Assembly (NCBI GenBank): GCA_965205615.1
Contig: CBDBHK010000035.1
Location: 162,620 to 226,619, forward strand
Origin: Acidobacteriota bacterium
GTDB lineage: Bacteria; Acidobacteriota; UBA6911; RPQK01; CBDAPI01
Direction: 5' to 3'
Length of the DNA stretch: 64,000 nt
A program made the position numbers and the translations under genes. The notes beneath the pieces are model-generated. The model was not told the DNA's origin and did not search any database. It worked only from the letters and a program-made list of their open reading frames with translations. Positions 49,472 through 58,516 of the stretch are shown in pieces. The number at the start of each line of letters is the position of its first letter. Positions within the stretch are counted from its first letter, which is position 1.

Positions 49472-51208
49472 CCCGCATAGATCACCGATTTGGAAATGAA
49501 GGTAATTTTGGCAGGCCGGAACGGTTTTCTGAGAGTTTCGCTATCGATCCGGTCCAGGTCGAGTGATGCGGTGGTGTGGATGGTCGTGAATGGAGCGTTT
49601 TTCGGGTTCGGAAGAGCGTGACGGAATGTATTCAGGCAGAGCTCGGCCTGAGCGATGGAACGATTTCGTTTTTGGGGGCGTTTGATCGGGACAGACCTCA
49701 GCAGCGCAGAGGAATGGCCTGGAGGTTTCGAACGACGGCAGCGAAGACCTCGCTGTAGGGATAGGCTTCCGACATGGAGATCCAGACGTGGCGGACCGTG
49801 AGGCGGACCTGGGCGCCGATCTTGAGGAGCTTCAAGCGAATCGTCTGACACTGAGCGCGAGCCAGGGGGGTCTGCTTCAGTCCGAGACGACGCAAGGCGT
49901 GCATGAGCATGTAGGCGGCGGAGGACAGATACAGCCGGAGTTGATTGGCGCGCATCGTTGCCGCGCTGGTCCGGTCGGCGAACAGACCCAACTGCTGTTC
50001 TTTTATGCGGTTCTCCATGTCGCCCCGCGCACAGTAGAAGTCTTCGTAGAGCGCGCGGGCCCCCAGGCGTTCCGGCGACAGGGAGGTGACGACGAATCGG
50101 GGATTGGCGCCTTTGTCCAGGAACTCGGCCTTGCCGACGACGCGTCGCTCCGAGGTCTAACTGTGGCGAGTCCGGTAGCGGAAATCCTTGAACACCCGCG
50201 CCGGTCGCCCGGTGGCGTTGAACTCGGCTTCGGCCTGAGTCATCGCTTCGGCGCTCTCTGACTTGAGCCGATCATTGTTGGCCAACCCCATCACGTAATC
50301 CACGTGATGGTCTTCACACCAGCGGAGCAAGTCATCCCGGCAAAAGCCCGAGTCGGCCCGGATGACGATCGAGACCTCCGGCCAGCTCTGCCGCATCCGG
50401 CCGACGATCCGTTCCAGTTCCTCCACCGATCCCGCGGCCCCATCGATATTGGAACACCGCAACCGGGCGCACAGCAGATGCTCCCCCGAGAAGATGTACA
50501 GCGGGAGATAACAGTAGTGGCGGTAGTAACCGTGAAAGAACCGGCCTTCCTGCTGGCCATGGATCGGGTCGTCGGTCGCATCCAGATCCAGCACCATCTC
50601 CTCGGGCGCCGATTCGTGGGACTCCACGAAGGCATCCACCATCCAGCCGTCGATCCGGTCCGGGTCCATCGCGATCTTCTTGTACCGCTCCTGCTCATCG
50701 ACCTCGGCGCCGGTCAACTCCAACCGGTTCAGCGTACACCTGCCCGCCAGCGCCTTCCCCCGATCTGAGGCCTGCCGCCGCCTCTCCCCCAACGGATCGG
50801 CCTTATTCACCGCCACCGCCAGCATCGGATCGGTGCGCAACTGATCATGATCGTTCAGATCCTCGTACCCCAGACAGAGTCCGTAGATGCGCTGCCCCAA
50901 CAACTCCTCGACCGTGTGTTCGATCAACCGCGGATCCCGGTGATCCCTGAAACACTCAGCCAGTCCGGCGATCAGACCCGTCCCCCTCTCGACCTCTCGC
51001 AACAGCAGCACCCCTGCATCGGAGGTGATCTTCCCGCCGTCGAACCGCGCCTTCACTTTGCGTTGAAATAGTCCGTGAAATTCGAACCTGGCTTGTTTAC
51101 ACTCTGTTCTCATAAGGGCCGCCTCCGTTTGGCTTTGAAGTCGTTCTCGTCAAACGCTTTATACCAAACAGGGCGGCCTTTTCAGGTCCCATCGGTGAGA
51201 AATGGCGG
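49472..51208 (-). mobile_element. IS1380-family element, copy 3 (CTAG target duplication, variant leader)
   Basis: 1737 bp; CTAG at 49468-49471 and 51209-51212. Confidence 0.95.
49698..51113 (-). pseudogene. IS1380 transposase with a TGG>TAG nonsense codon
   Basis: Stop at 50157-50159, the same site as in copy 1. Confidence 0.92.
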
Positions 51209-52637
51209 CTAGAACCCGGGCAGAAACCGCGCCCAGAAATAAGCCAGGGCCAGCCCCAGATACGCCAGGGCGCTCAGCAGGAGGGAACCGGTGGCCAGAC
51301 GGGAGGGACCCAGATCTCCCAGCCAGCCACGCATCTTCAGGTTCAGGGCCAGCAGGCCAAAAGAATAAGACACAGTGGCGACAACGCCGATGACTCCGGT
51401 GAGCAGTATCAGGGTGCCGGGTTGTGCCAGCGGCATCGTCACCGAGGTCAGCACGGTCAACAGAGCAAAGTAGATCCCGTACAAACGGCGGGTCGAGAGC
51501 GACCTGAACCAAGCGCTGAGCAGGCGGCTGCAATCGGTATGCGTGCGAGCCACACTGTCGGCGGTCGCGATCCAGGTGTCAGCCAGAAAAGCTGCGGCCA
51601 CGATCAGAAACACCGCCTTTCCCCAGGCACCCCAGCTGTGGGAGAAGAATTCGGACTGGACGACGGCCAGCTCCTCGCCCATCGGCCACAAACCCTGGGG
51701 ATAGAGGAAGGCAAAGGCCAGCAGGCAGGTCATGAGCGTCGTGAAGATGTTCCCGATGACGCCCACCAGGCTGTCGAACAGGAGGAACCGCCTCCACTTG
51801 CTGAGGCGGCTCGCCGCCTGTTCCGTGGCAACAGGACGGAAGCCTTCATCGGGGATTTCTTCTTCTTGTCCTGATAGCCCTGTGACGCGGCCGACATAGG
51901 CGGGCCAAGCCGCAGCCCTTCTCCCGCACCCAGTAGCTGTAAAACAGCATCCAGAATCCTCCCAGGCCTGCAAAGGTCACGGCGGTGAGAAGTCGTGTCA
52001 GATCCTCCGCCGCCTCAAACGGTCGGCTGAGGCCTGCCGGAATCACCAGGGCTTTACCGAATTGGCCAATCTGAGAGGAAACCTCAGATTGAAAGCAGGC
52101 CGCCAGCAATCCGGCCACGGTTACAACCGCAACCAGCCACATGAACCGCTCAATGAGAGTGTAGACAACTTTGCTCGCCAGTACCGCCCCACCAAAGACC
52201 AGGATCATGAAGTACGCCCAGGCCAGTCTCTGGTAGGGCCTTGGGTCGATGTTTTCTGGAAACCAGTGGCCTGAGGGCAGGCCTGTCAATTCGACGAGAG
52301 CCGTGGCTCCCGCTGAAGCAAAGGCCCCAAACCACAGAAAATGAACGATGAACAGCACCCACAAGAAGATCAAATACCAGCGGTGGACTCGGAAAAACCC
52401 CTGAAAGATGGATTCTCCGGTAAGGATCGTATAGTGCCCGACGTTGTAGAGAAGCGGAACCTGGATCAGGCAAGCGGGGATCAGCAGGAAAAGAAAGCCC
52501 AGACCGTACTTGGCAACCAGATACGGCCACCAGATCAGTTCGCCGCTCCCCTGAGCCAGCGCCATCCACACGATTCCCGGACCCAGCATCGCCAGGTAAC
52601 CCGGAAAGCGGGGAACCTCCCTGGGTTCAAATGGCAC
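51209..52637 (-). CDS. Nramp/MntH-like (YcsG type) transporter, frameshifted near 51900
   Basis: GPGIVW.A.AQGSGELIWWP..AKYG and YSYWVREKG motifs. An extra C in GGCCCGCC shifts the frame away from the AYVGRVT continuation. Start is uncertain. Confidence 0.78.
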
Positions 52638-52749
52638 CGGGGCTCCGGTCAACGAAGGGGAGCCCGGGCCAGCAGATCCCGGATCTCGGCCAGAAGCTGC
52701 GCCTGAGCAGAGGGCTGCGGGGGGCCCCAAGGGGTGCGAGACACTTTCA

Positions 52750-53634
52750 CTACACCCCGCCAGGGGCCAGGACCTGCAACACTCTGGCCAGTACCTGGGT
52801 CCCCTCTCGTCCGTCCCCCATGGCCTGGGCCGCCGACATGAGCTGCCGAACCAGGGAAGTTCCCATCAGTGTCGTCCGCGCCTGATAGCCGGCGTCCAGA
52901 ACCAGCCCTAGATCCTTCTGTAGCAAATCCACCATAAAGCCGGGGGCATAATCGGCCTCGGCAATCCTGGGTCCGAGGTTGGAAAACTGCCAGCTGCCTG
53001 CCGCCCCGCCGCGGACCGCTTCAATCATGACACCCGGGTCCAGATTATTCCGTTGTGCAAACAGAATGGCCTCGCAGACGCCCAGAAGGGTTACGGACAC
53101 CAGAATCTGGTTGCACAGTTTGGTCAATTGTCCGTGGCCGACCGGCCCGCAATGGGTGATCGTCGATCCCATCACCTCAAACACCGGCTTGACCCTCTCG
53201 AAGTCAGACTGACGGCCTCCTGCCATAATGGCCAGGGTTCCCTTCTGAGCTCCGATGTCGCCCCCGGAAACCGGGGCATCGACCAGGGTGCATTGCACTT
53301 CCTGCAGTTTCTCATCCAGGGTCCTTTCCATGGCGGGAGCAATGGTGCTCATGTCGACGACAACGGATTCCGGATTGATCCCCTCTATGATGCCGTTCGG
53401 ACCGGCAACCACTTCCTCCACATCGGGCGTATCCGAGACCATTGTGATAATGACTTCGCTCGCGCCGGCGACTTCCCCCGGACTGGCGGCCTCTTCGGCC
53501 CCGGCGTCGACCAGCGATTCTGCCCTGGAACGAGTCCGGTTATAGACGGTCAGAGGGAAGCCGTGCTGGAGAATGTGACCCGCCATGGGCTTTCCCATGA
53601 TTCCCAGACCAATAAATCCGATTTTTGGCTGCAT
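52750..53634 (-). CDS. NAD-dependent beta-hydroxyacid dehydrogenase (GarR/HIBADH family)
   Basis: IGFIGLGIMG, DMSTI, DAPVSGG and KLCNQ motifs. Confidence 0.92.
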   Translation of the reverse strand: MQPKIGFIGLGIMGKPMAGHILQHGFPLTVYNRTRSRAESLVDAGAEEAASPGEVAGASEVIITMVSDTPDVEEVVAGPNGIIEGINPESVVVDMSTIAPAMERTLDEKLQEVQCTLVDAPVSGGDIGAQKGTLAIMAGGRQSDFERVKPVFEVMGSTITHCGPVGHGQLTKLCNQILVSVTLLGVCEAILFAQRNNLDPGVMIEAVRGGAAGSWQFSNLGPRIAEADYAPGFMVDLLQKDLGLVLDAGYQARTTLMGTSLVRQLMSAAQAMGDGREGTQVLARVLQVLAPGGV

Positions 53635-53872
53635 AAAACTCCTTAAGTGATCGTAACGCTTGTAAGCTCAATCCGGGCCCCGTACGGTGTTCACGAACAC
53701 AATAACGCTTGAGCATCATTGTTGCGAGAAGGAATCGAGAAAAGAGAAGGCGGTGAGCTGTTGCCAGCTTTCATCTCAGGAATGGCAGCCCAGGTCCAAA
53801 GTCGGGCGAGGGCTGATCTGGCTGGCCTGAAACCGCCCGGAAATAATAAGATAATGTGAGAGAGGAGTGTGC

Positions 53873-55591
53873 ATGATGAGTACTCGACCCTGGATCACCG
53901 TCTTTCTGATTTTTGCCGTCATTGTAAGTCTCGCCCTGGTCCTTAGCTTCTGGGCCTACTGGCAACTCAGTCGTCCGCCCTCGGTATCCAAGGACACGAT
54001 CGTTGAGCTTGCCATTGGAGGCACGATTTACGAGGTGCCTCCCGAGAGCGCCTTCTACGAAGTCTTCGAGGCCAGCAAGCCCACCCTCTACGATCTCTGG
54101 GAACTATTTGAGCTGGCCTCGGTGGACGAGGATGTGTCCTCGATCTACCTCGAAGTGCAGCCCTTGAGCATGACCTTCGGACAAATCGAGGAAATAAGAG
54201 AGGGCCTGCAGAAGTTCCGGGCATCGGGCAAGAAGATCCACGCATTTCTGTCTCTGGACATGGCCGGCGAGAACGAGATCTATCTGGCCTCGGCTGCGGA
54301 TACGCTTTCCATCAACCCGGGTTCGGGCCTCCTCCTGAACGGGCTCGTTGCGGAGATTCAATTTTACAAGGGAACGCTGCAAAAGCTTGGGATCAAGCCC
54401 GAGTTCATCCAGTTCAAAGAGTTCAAGAGCCCGGAACAATACGGTCGGGAAAACATGAGTGAGCCCATCCGCTCGATGCTGCAGTCGATTCTCGAGGACA
54501 TGGAAAGCCGCTTCGTGAAGTCAGTAGCCGCCGACCGCGGAATCGAAGAATCGGAGTTGCGCGAGATCATCGACCAGGGGATGATCAATGCCCCGGCGGC
54601 CGTGACCCGAGGAGTCATCGACCAGGCCGGGTATCGCCACCAGGTGCAGGAGCGTTTGGCGAAGGAAGCCGGGCGATCCAAGTATGAGGCCATGAGTGCG
54701 GCCGACTATCTTGCTGCCGCACGCTCACGCCTGTCATCGGAAGGGCCCCAGGTTGCTCTGATCGGTGGAACCGGGCTGATCACTTCAGGGAAAAGCGATT
54801 CCTTCGGTCAGACGCTGGGCGGCAGTTCCATGGCCAAGACCCTCCGCGAGGTTCGTGAGTCCGGGGAATACGATGCCGTGCTCTTTCGTGTCAATAGTCC
54901 GGGCGGATCCGCGGTCGGCTCGGATATGGTCTGGCGCGAGGTACAACTTCTGGAAAAGGCGGGCATTCCCGTCATCGTTTCGATGTCGGCGGTAGCCGGC
55001 TCGGGTGGCTACTACATCGCAATGGCCGCCAGTAAGATCGTCAGCCAGCCCAGCACCATTACGGGTTCCATCGGCGTCATTTTTGGAAAGTTTGACCTGG
55101 CGGGTCTCTATGAATGGGTCGGCATCAGCGTTGACCGCGTCAAGACATCGCCCAATGCGGACCTGTTTTCCTTCTCCACCTCTATGACACCAGAGCAGCG
55201 AGGGCAGGTCATCGCCTGGATGCAGGAAATTTACGATGCCTTCGTGTCCAAGGCGGCAGAAGGGAGAGGGATGGAATTCGCACAGCTCGAGGAGAAGGCC
55301 CGCGGCCGGATTTACACTGGTGAGCAAGCCCGCGAGATCGGTCTGGTCGATGACATCGGCGGCTTCCCGAAGGCGCTCGAATACGTCCGAGCGGCGCTCG
55401 AACTCGACGACGATGCCAAGGTCAGGCTGATCCGCTTGCCCAAACCCAAGAGCGTGTGGGAAACCCTTTCCGAGCTGGGGACGATTCGAACCCGGCAATC
55501 AAATACCGTGGTTGACCTGGTCAAGGCGGAACTGGATGGCCTTCAGACACCCGGGCCTCGCCTGCTTCTACCCAGTATCAGCATCCACTAG
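53873..55591 (+). CDS. sppA: Signal peptide peptidase SppA (67K type)
   Basis: N-terminal TM, FKSPE, RVNSPGGS, GSGGYY, TITGSIGV and GRIYTG motifs. Confidence 0.93.
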   Translation: MMSTRPWITVFLIFAVIVSLALVLSFWAYWQLSRPPSVSKDTIVELAIGGTIYEVPPESAFYEVFEASKPTLYDLWELFELASVDEDVSSIYLEVQPLSMTFGQIEEIREGLQKFRASGKKIHAFLSLDMAGENEIYLASAADTLSINPGSGLLLNGLVAEIQFYKGTLQKLGIKPEFIQFKEFKSPEQYGRENMSEPIRSMLQSILEDMESRFVKSVAADRGIEESELREIIDQGMINAPAAVTRGVIDQAGYRHQVQERLAKEAGRSKYEAMSAADYLAAARSRLSSEGPQVALIGGTGLITSGKSDSFGQTLGGSSMAKTLREVRESGEYDAVLFRVNSPGGSAVGSDMVWREVQLLEKAGIPVIVSMSAVAGSGGYYIAMAASKIVSQPSTITGSIGVIFGKFDLAGLYEWVGISVDRVKTSPNADLFSFSTSMTPEQRGQVIAWMQEIYDAFVSKAAEGRGMEFAQLEEKARGRIYTGEQAREIGLVDDIGGFPKALEYVRAALELDDDAKVRLIRLPKPKSVWETLSELGTIRTRQSNTVVDLVKAELDGLQTPGPRLLLPSISIH

Positions 55592-55606
55592 CAGTCCGGG
55601 GCTACG

Positions 55607-55709
55607 GTAGCGCGCACCCAGTGAGCGCGTGAATTGCAGCTTGCGCGTGAATTGCATTCAGCGACGTTCAGCAGGGGCAGCCAGCCCGGATTATTCACGT
55701 CCGGGCTAC
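55607..55709. repeat. GTAG REP-like units between the convergent sppA and yjbQ genes
   Basis: GTAGCGCGCACCCAGTGAGCGCGT at 55607-55630, a GCGCGTGAATTGCA duplication, and reverse-strand GTAGCCCGGA..TCCGGGCT overlapping the yjbQ stop. Confidence 0.65.
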
Positions 55710-56125
55710 ATACCCATGACCTGAAGCGCGATGGTTCGCTGTCTGGGGCGGTTGTCGAAATTGATTACGACGACTTGCTGCCAGGTCCCCAGCCGTAACC
55801 TTCCTCCCATGATGGGAATGGTCAGTGAGGGCTTGAGAAGGGAGGCGCGGACATGTGAAAACCCGTTGCCGTCGTGCCATCTTTCGTTGTGGTCGTATCG
55901 ACCTTCGGCCGGAGCCAGACGTTCGAACAGGGTTTCCATATCGGTCTCCAGGCCGGGTTCGTACTCGACTGTCGTAACGCCCGCCGTGGAACCCACATTG
56001 AAGACACAGACCGTACCATCCTGAACTCCCGACTCGCTGACCCTGGCGGTCAGTTCAGGCGTAATGTCGACCATGTGGTAGACAGGCCTGGTCGGGATCT
56101 CCAGGGTGTAGTTCTCGACAACCAC
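55706..56125 (-). CDS. yjbQ: YjbQ/UPF0047 protein
   Basis: DIT, GSTAG, YDH..GNG.SH and LGTWQ motifs. Confidence 0.9.
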   Translation of the reverse strand: MVVENYTLEIPTRPVYHMVDITPELTARVSESGVQDGTVCVFNVGSTAGVTTVEYEPGLETDMETLFERLAPAEGRYDHNERWHDGNGFSHVRASLLKPSLTIPIMGGRLRLGTWQQVVVINFDNRPRQRTIALQVMGM

Positions 56126-57138
56126 TAACTATCCCAGCTTTCATCATAGCTGCCCGTCCGGGCGGCACCATTGCATCTGGCCCGGTGCTGCAGGGCCGTC
56201 TGGCCTGCCTTCACGCGGGCCGAATCACCTCCCCAGGCCTGCAAAACCGAAGCCTGCAGAGCTCGGCCGTAGGAAAAACTCAGCTCCCACGGAACGCCGC
56301 CAAGCTGGTTCATGGCGTTGAGATTCCGGGTGGCCTCGATCTCGCTTTGCCCTCCCGACAGGAACACGATTCCAGGCACCGCAGCGGGGACGTGGCGCTG
56401 GAAGCAGCGCAGGGTCGCTTCGGCAATCTCCTTGGTCGGCGCCTGAACAGCACAGTCCGATCCCGACAACACCATATTCGGTTTCAGGCAGATTCCGTCC
56501 AGGTTGACACGATGCCGAAACAGCGCTGAGAAAACGGCCTCCAGGGTCTCTCCGGTAACCTCTTCGCAGCGACCCAGGGTGTGGTCGCCATCCATGAGGA
56601 CTTCCGGCTCCACAATAGGAACCAGGTCGGCTTCCTGGCTCAAAGCCGCAAAACGGGCGAGGGCATGGGCATTGGCATCAATGCACCGGATCGTCGGGAT
56701 GTCTCTTCCGATTGTGATCACAGCTCTCCACTTCGTGAAAGAAGCTCCCAGACCACGATACTCTTCGAGCCGCGGTCTCAGTCCATCCAGCCCCTCCGTC
56801 ACTTTCTCCCCGGGCGCCCCCGCCAGAGCTTTGGCTCCCCGGTCGACCTTGATGCCGGACAGAATACCGTTCGAAGTGAGCAGCTCCGAAAACGCCAAAC
56901 CGTCATCTGTCTTCTGGCGCAGGGTCTCATCGAAGAGGATCACTCCGCTGATAAACTCGCCGACTCCTGGAGTCGTAAAGAGCAGTTGACGATACTGGCG
57001 CCGATTCTCTTCGGTTGATTCCACCTGAATCGTGTCAAATCGTTTCTTAATGGTAGGCGTGCTCTCGTCAGCTGCCAGAATCCCTCGATTCGGTGCGACC
57101 ATTTGACGGGCAACTTCGGTCAGATTCCCCGCATTCAT
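56125..57138 (-). CDS. Class I fructose-bisphosphate aldolase (eukaryote-like type)
   Basis: GILAADES, GIKVD, KWRAV, VPIVEPE, LKPNMV, FLSGGQ and SFSYGRALQ motifs. Confidence 0.95.
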   Translation of the reverse strand: MNAGNLTEVARQMVAPNRGILAADESTPTIKKRFDTIQVESTEENRRQYRQLLFTTPGVGEFISGVILFDETLRQKTDDGLAFSELLTSNGILSGIKVDRGAKALAGAPGEKVTEGLDGLRPRLEEYRGLGASFTKWRAVITIGRDIPTIRCIDANAHALARFAALSQEADLVPIVEPEVLMDGDHTLGRCEEVTGETLEAVFSALFRHRVNLDGICLKPNMVLSGSDCAVQAPTKEIAEATLRCFQRHVPAAVPGIVFLSGGQSEIEATRNLNAMNQLGGVPWELSFSYGRALQASVLQAWGGDSARVKAGQTALQHRARCNGAARTGSYDESWDS

Positions 57139-57303
57139 CCCCTTTTCTCCTTTCACGTCTTTCGGTTTTTCCTCAAGGTCGTTGGCGGACCAATCATGTA
57201 ATATTTGATCCACTGGTTCAAGGCTCTCCCGGCGCGGGGCCGGAGGGAGCCCGCAACGCGACCCGCGGGAGGGCCACCGTGGGCCGCCAGGAAGGCCTCG
57301 ACC

Positions 57304-58407
57304 TTGGATTTCTCAGAGCTGACCTTAGGCGTCGAAGAAGAGTACCAAATCATCGATAGAGAGAGCCGGGAGCTCACTTCCTTCGTGGGAGACGTACTCG
57401 AACAGGGGGCGACCGTCTTTCGGGACCAGGTGAAGCCCGAGTTTCTGCAGTCCCAGGTAGAGATCGGAAGCCACGTCTGCCGCAATGTTCGAGAAGCGAG
57501 GCAGGAGGTGACTCGTCTGCGCGGTCTGGTTTCTGAAACCGCCGAACGAAACGGTTGCTGCATCGTCTCCGCCGGTACTCATCCGTTTTCCCGATGGCAG
57601 GATCAGCTCATTACCGAGAAAGACCGCTACAAGGCACTGCTCACAACGATGAAGGTCATTGCCCAGCGGCTGCTCATATTCGGCATGCACGTCCATGTGG
57701 GAATCCCGGATCGCCAGCTTCGCATCGACGTCATGAATCAGCTCACCTATTTCATGCCTCATGCCCTCAGTCTTTCCACGTCCTCACCGTTCTGGCTGGG
57801 TCAACACACCGGACTCAAGTCCTACCGGAGTGTCATTTTTGAGGACCTTCCGCGGACAGGGCTTCCCGAATACTTCAGGACGGCCTCCGAATACGATCAG
57901 TTCCTCGATATCCTGATCAAGACGAACTGTATTGATGAACCCACCAAGATCTGGTGGGACATTCGACCGCACCCCAGGTTCCCCACGCTGGAGATTCGAA
58001 TCTGTGACGCCATAACAAAGGTTGACGATGTCATTTCGGTCGTCGCTCTACTCCAGGCAATGGTTGCCAAGATGATTCAGTTGCGCCTGAACAATCAGAC
58101 CTGGCGCCACTACCGAAAGGCTCTCGTCGAGGAAAACAAGTGGCGTGCCATCAAGGACGGCCTGGACGGGCACCTTCTCGACCTGGGGAAGACCGAGCAG
58201 GTCCCGACACGCCTCCTGATCGAAGAGATGATTGAATTCGTGGACGATGTCGTCGACTCTCTCGACTCCCGGCAGGAGGTCGAAGGAGTGCGACGCATCC
58301 TTGACGAGGGCACCAGCGCGGACAGGCAGATCTTGACCTATCAGAAGACAGGAAGCCTGGAAGCCGTCGTCGACATGCTGGCCGAGGAAACTATGGCGGG
58401 CTGCTAG
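57304..58407 (+). CDS. Carboxylate-amine ligase / glutamate--cysteine ligase 2 (YbdK family)
   Basis: TLGVEEEYQ, GTHPF, FGMHVHVG, SSPFW, WWDIRP and TLEIRICD motifs. Confidence 0.92.
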   Translation: MDFSELTLGVEEEYQIIDRESRELTSFVGDVLEQGATVFRDQVKPEFLQSQVEIGSHVCRNVREARQEVTRLRGLVSETAERNGCCIVSAGTHPFSRWQDQLITEKDRYKALLTTMKVIAQRLLIFGMHVHVGIPDRQLRIDVMNQLTYFMPHALSLSTSSPFWLGQHTGLKSYRSVIFEDLPRTGLPEYFRTASEYDQFLDILIKTNCIDEPTKIWWDIRPHPRFPTLEIRICDAITKVDDVISVVALLQAMVAKMIQLRLNNQTWRHYRKALVEENKWRAIKDGLDGHLLDLGKTEQVPTRLLIEEMIEFVDDVVDSLDSRQEVEGVRRILDEGTSADRQILTYQKTGSLEAVVDMLAEETMAGC

Positions 58408-58418
58408 TGCACAGAGCC

Positions 58419-58474
58419 CTGGCAGTCCGTTGTGGAAATCGCGCGGGCCGTGCGATTTTCACTACGGGCTGCTA
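58419..58474. repeat. Full palindromic form of the CTAG mini-repeat
   Basis: CAGTCCGTTGTGGAAATCGCGCGG paired with CCGTGCGATTTTCACTACGGGCTG. Confidence 0.75.
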
Positions 58475-58516
58475 CGGTTCTCAACCCCGGCTCCAGATTT
58501 GGGGAGGGAGGGCTGC

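Noticed and set aside
53645-53720. TAACGCTTG repeated twice in the divergent spacer before sppA
   Set aside because: Two 9-mers are too weak to call a binding site without comparative data.
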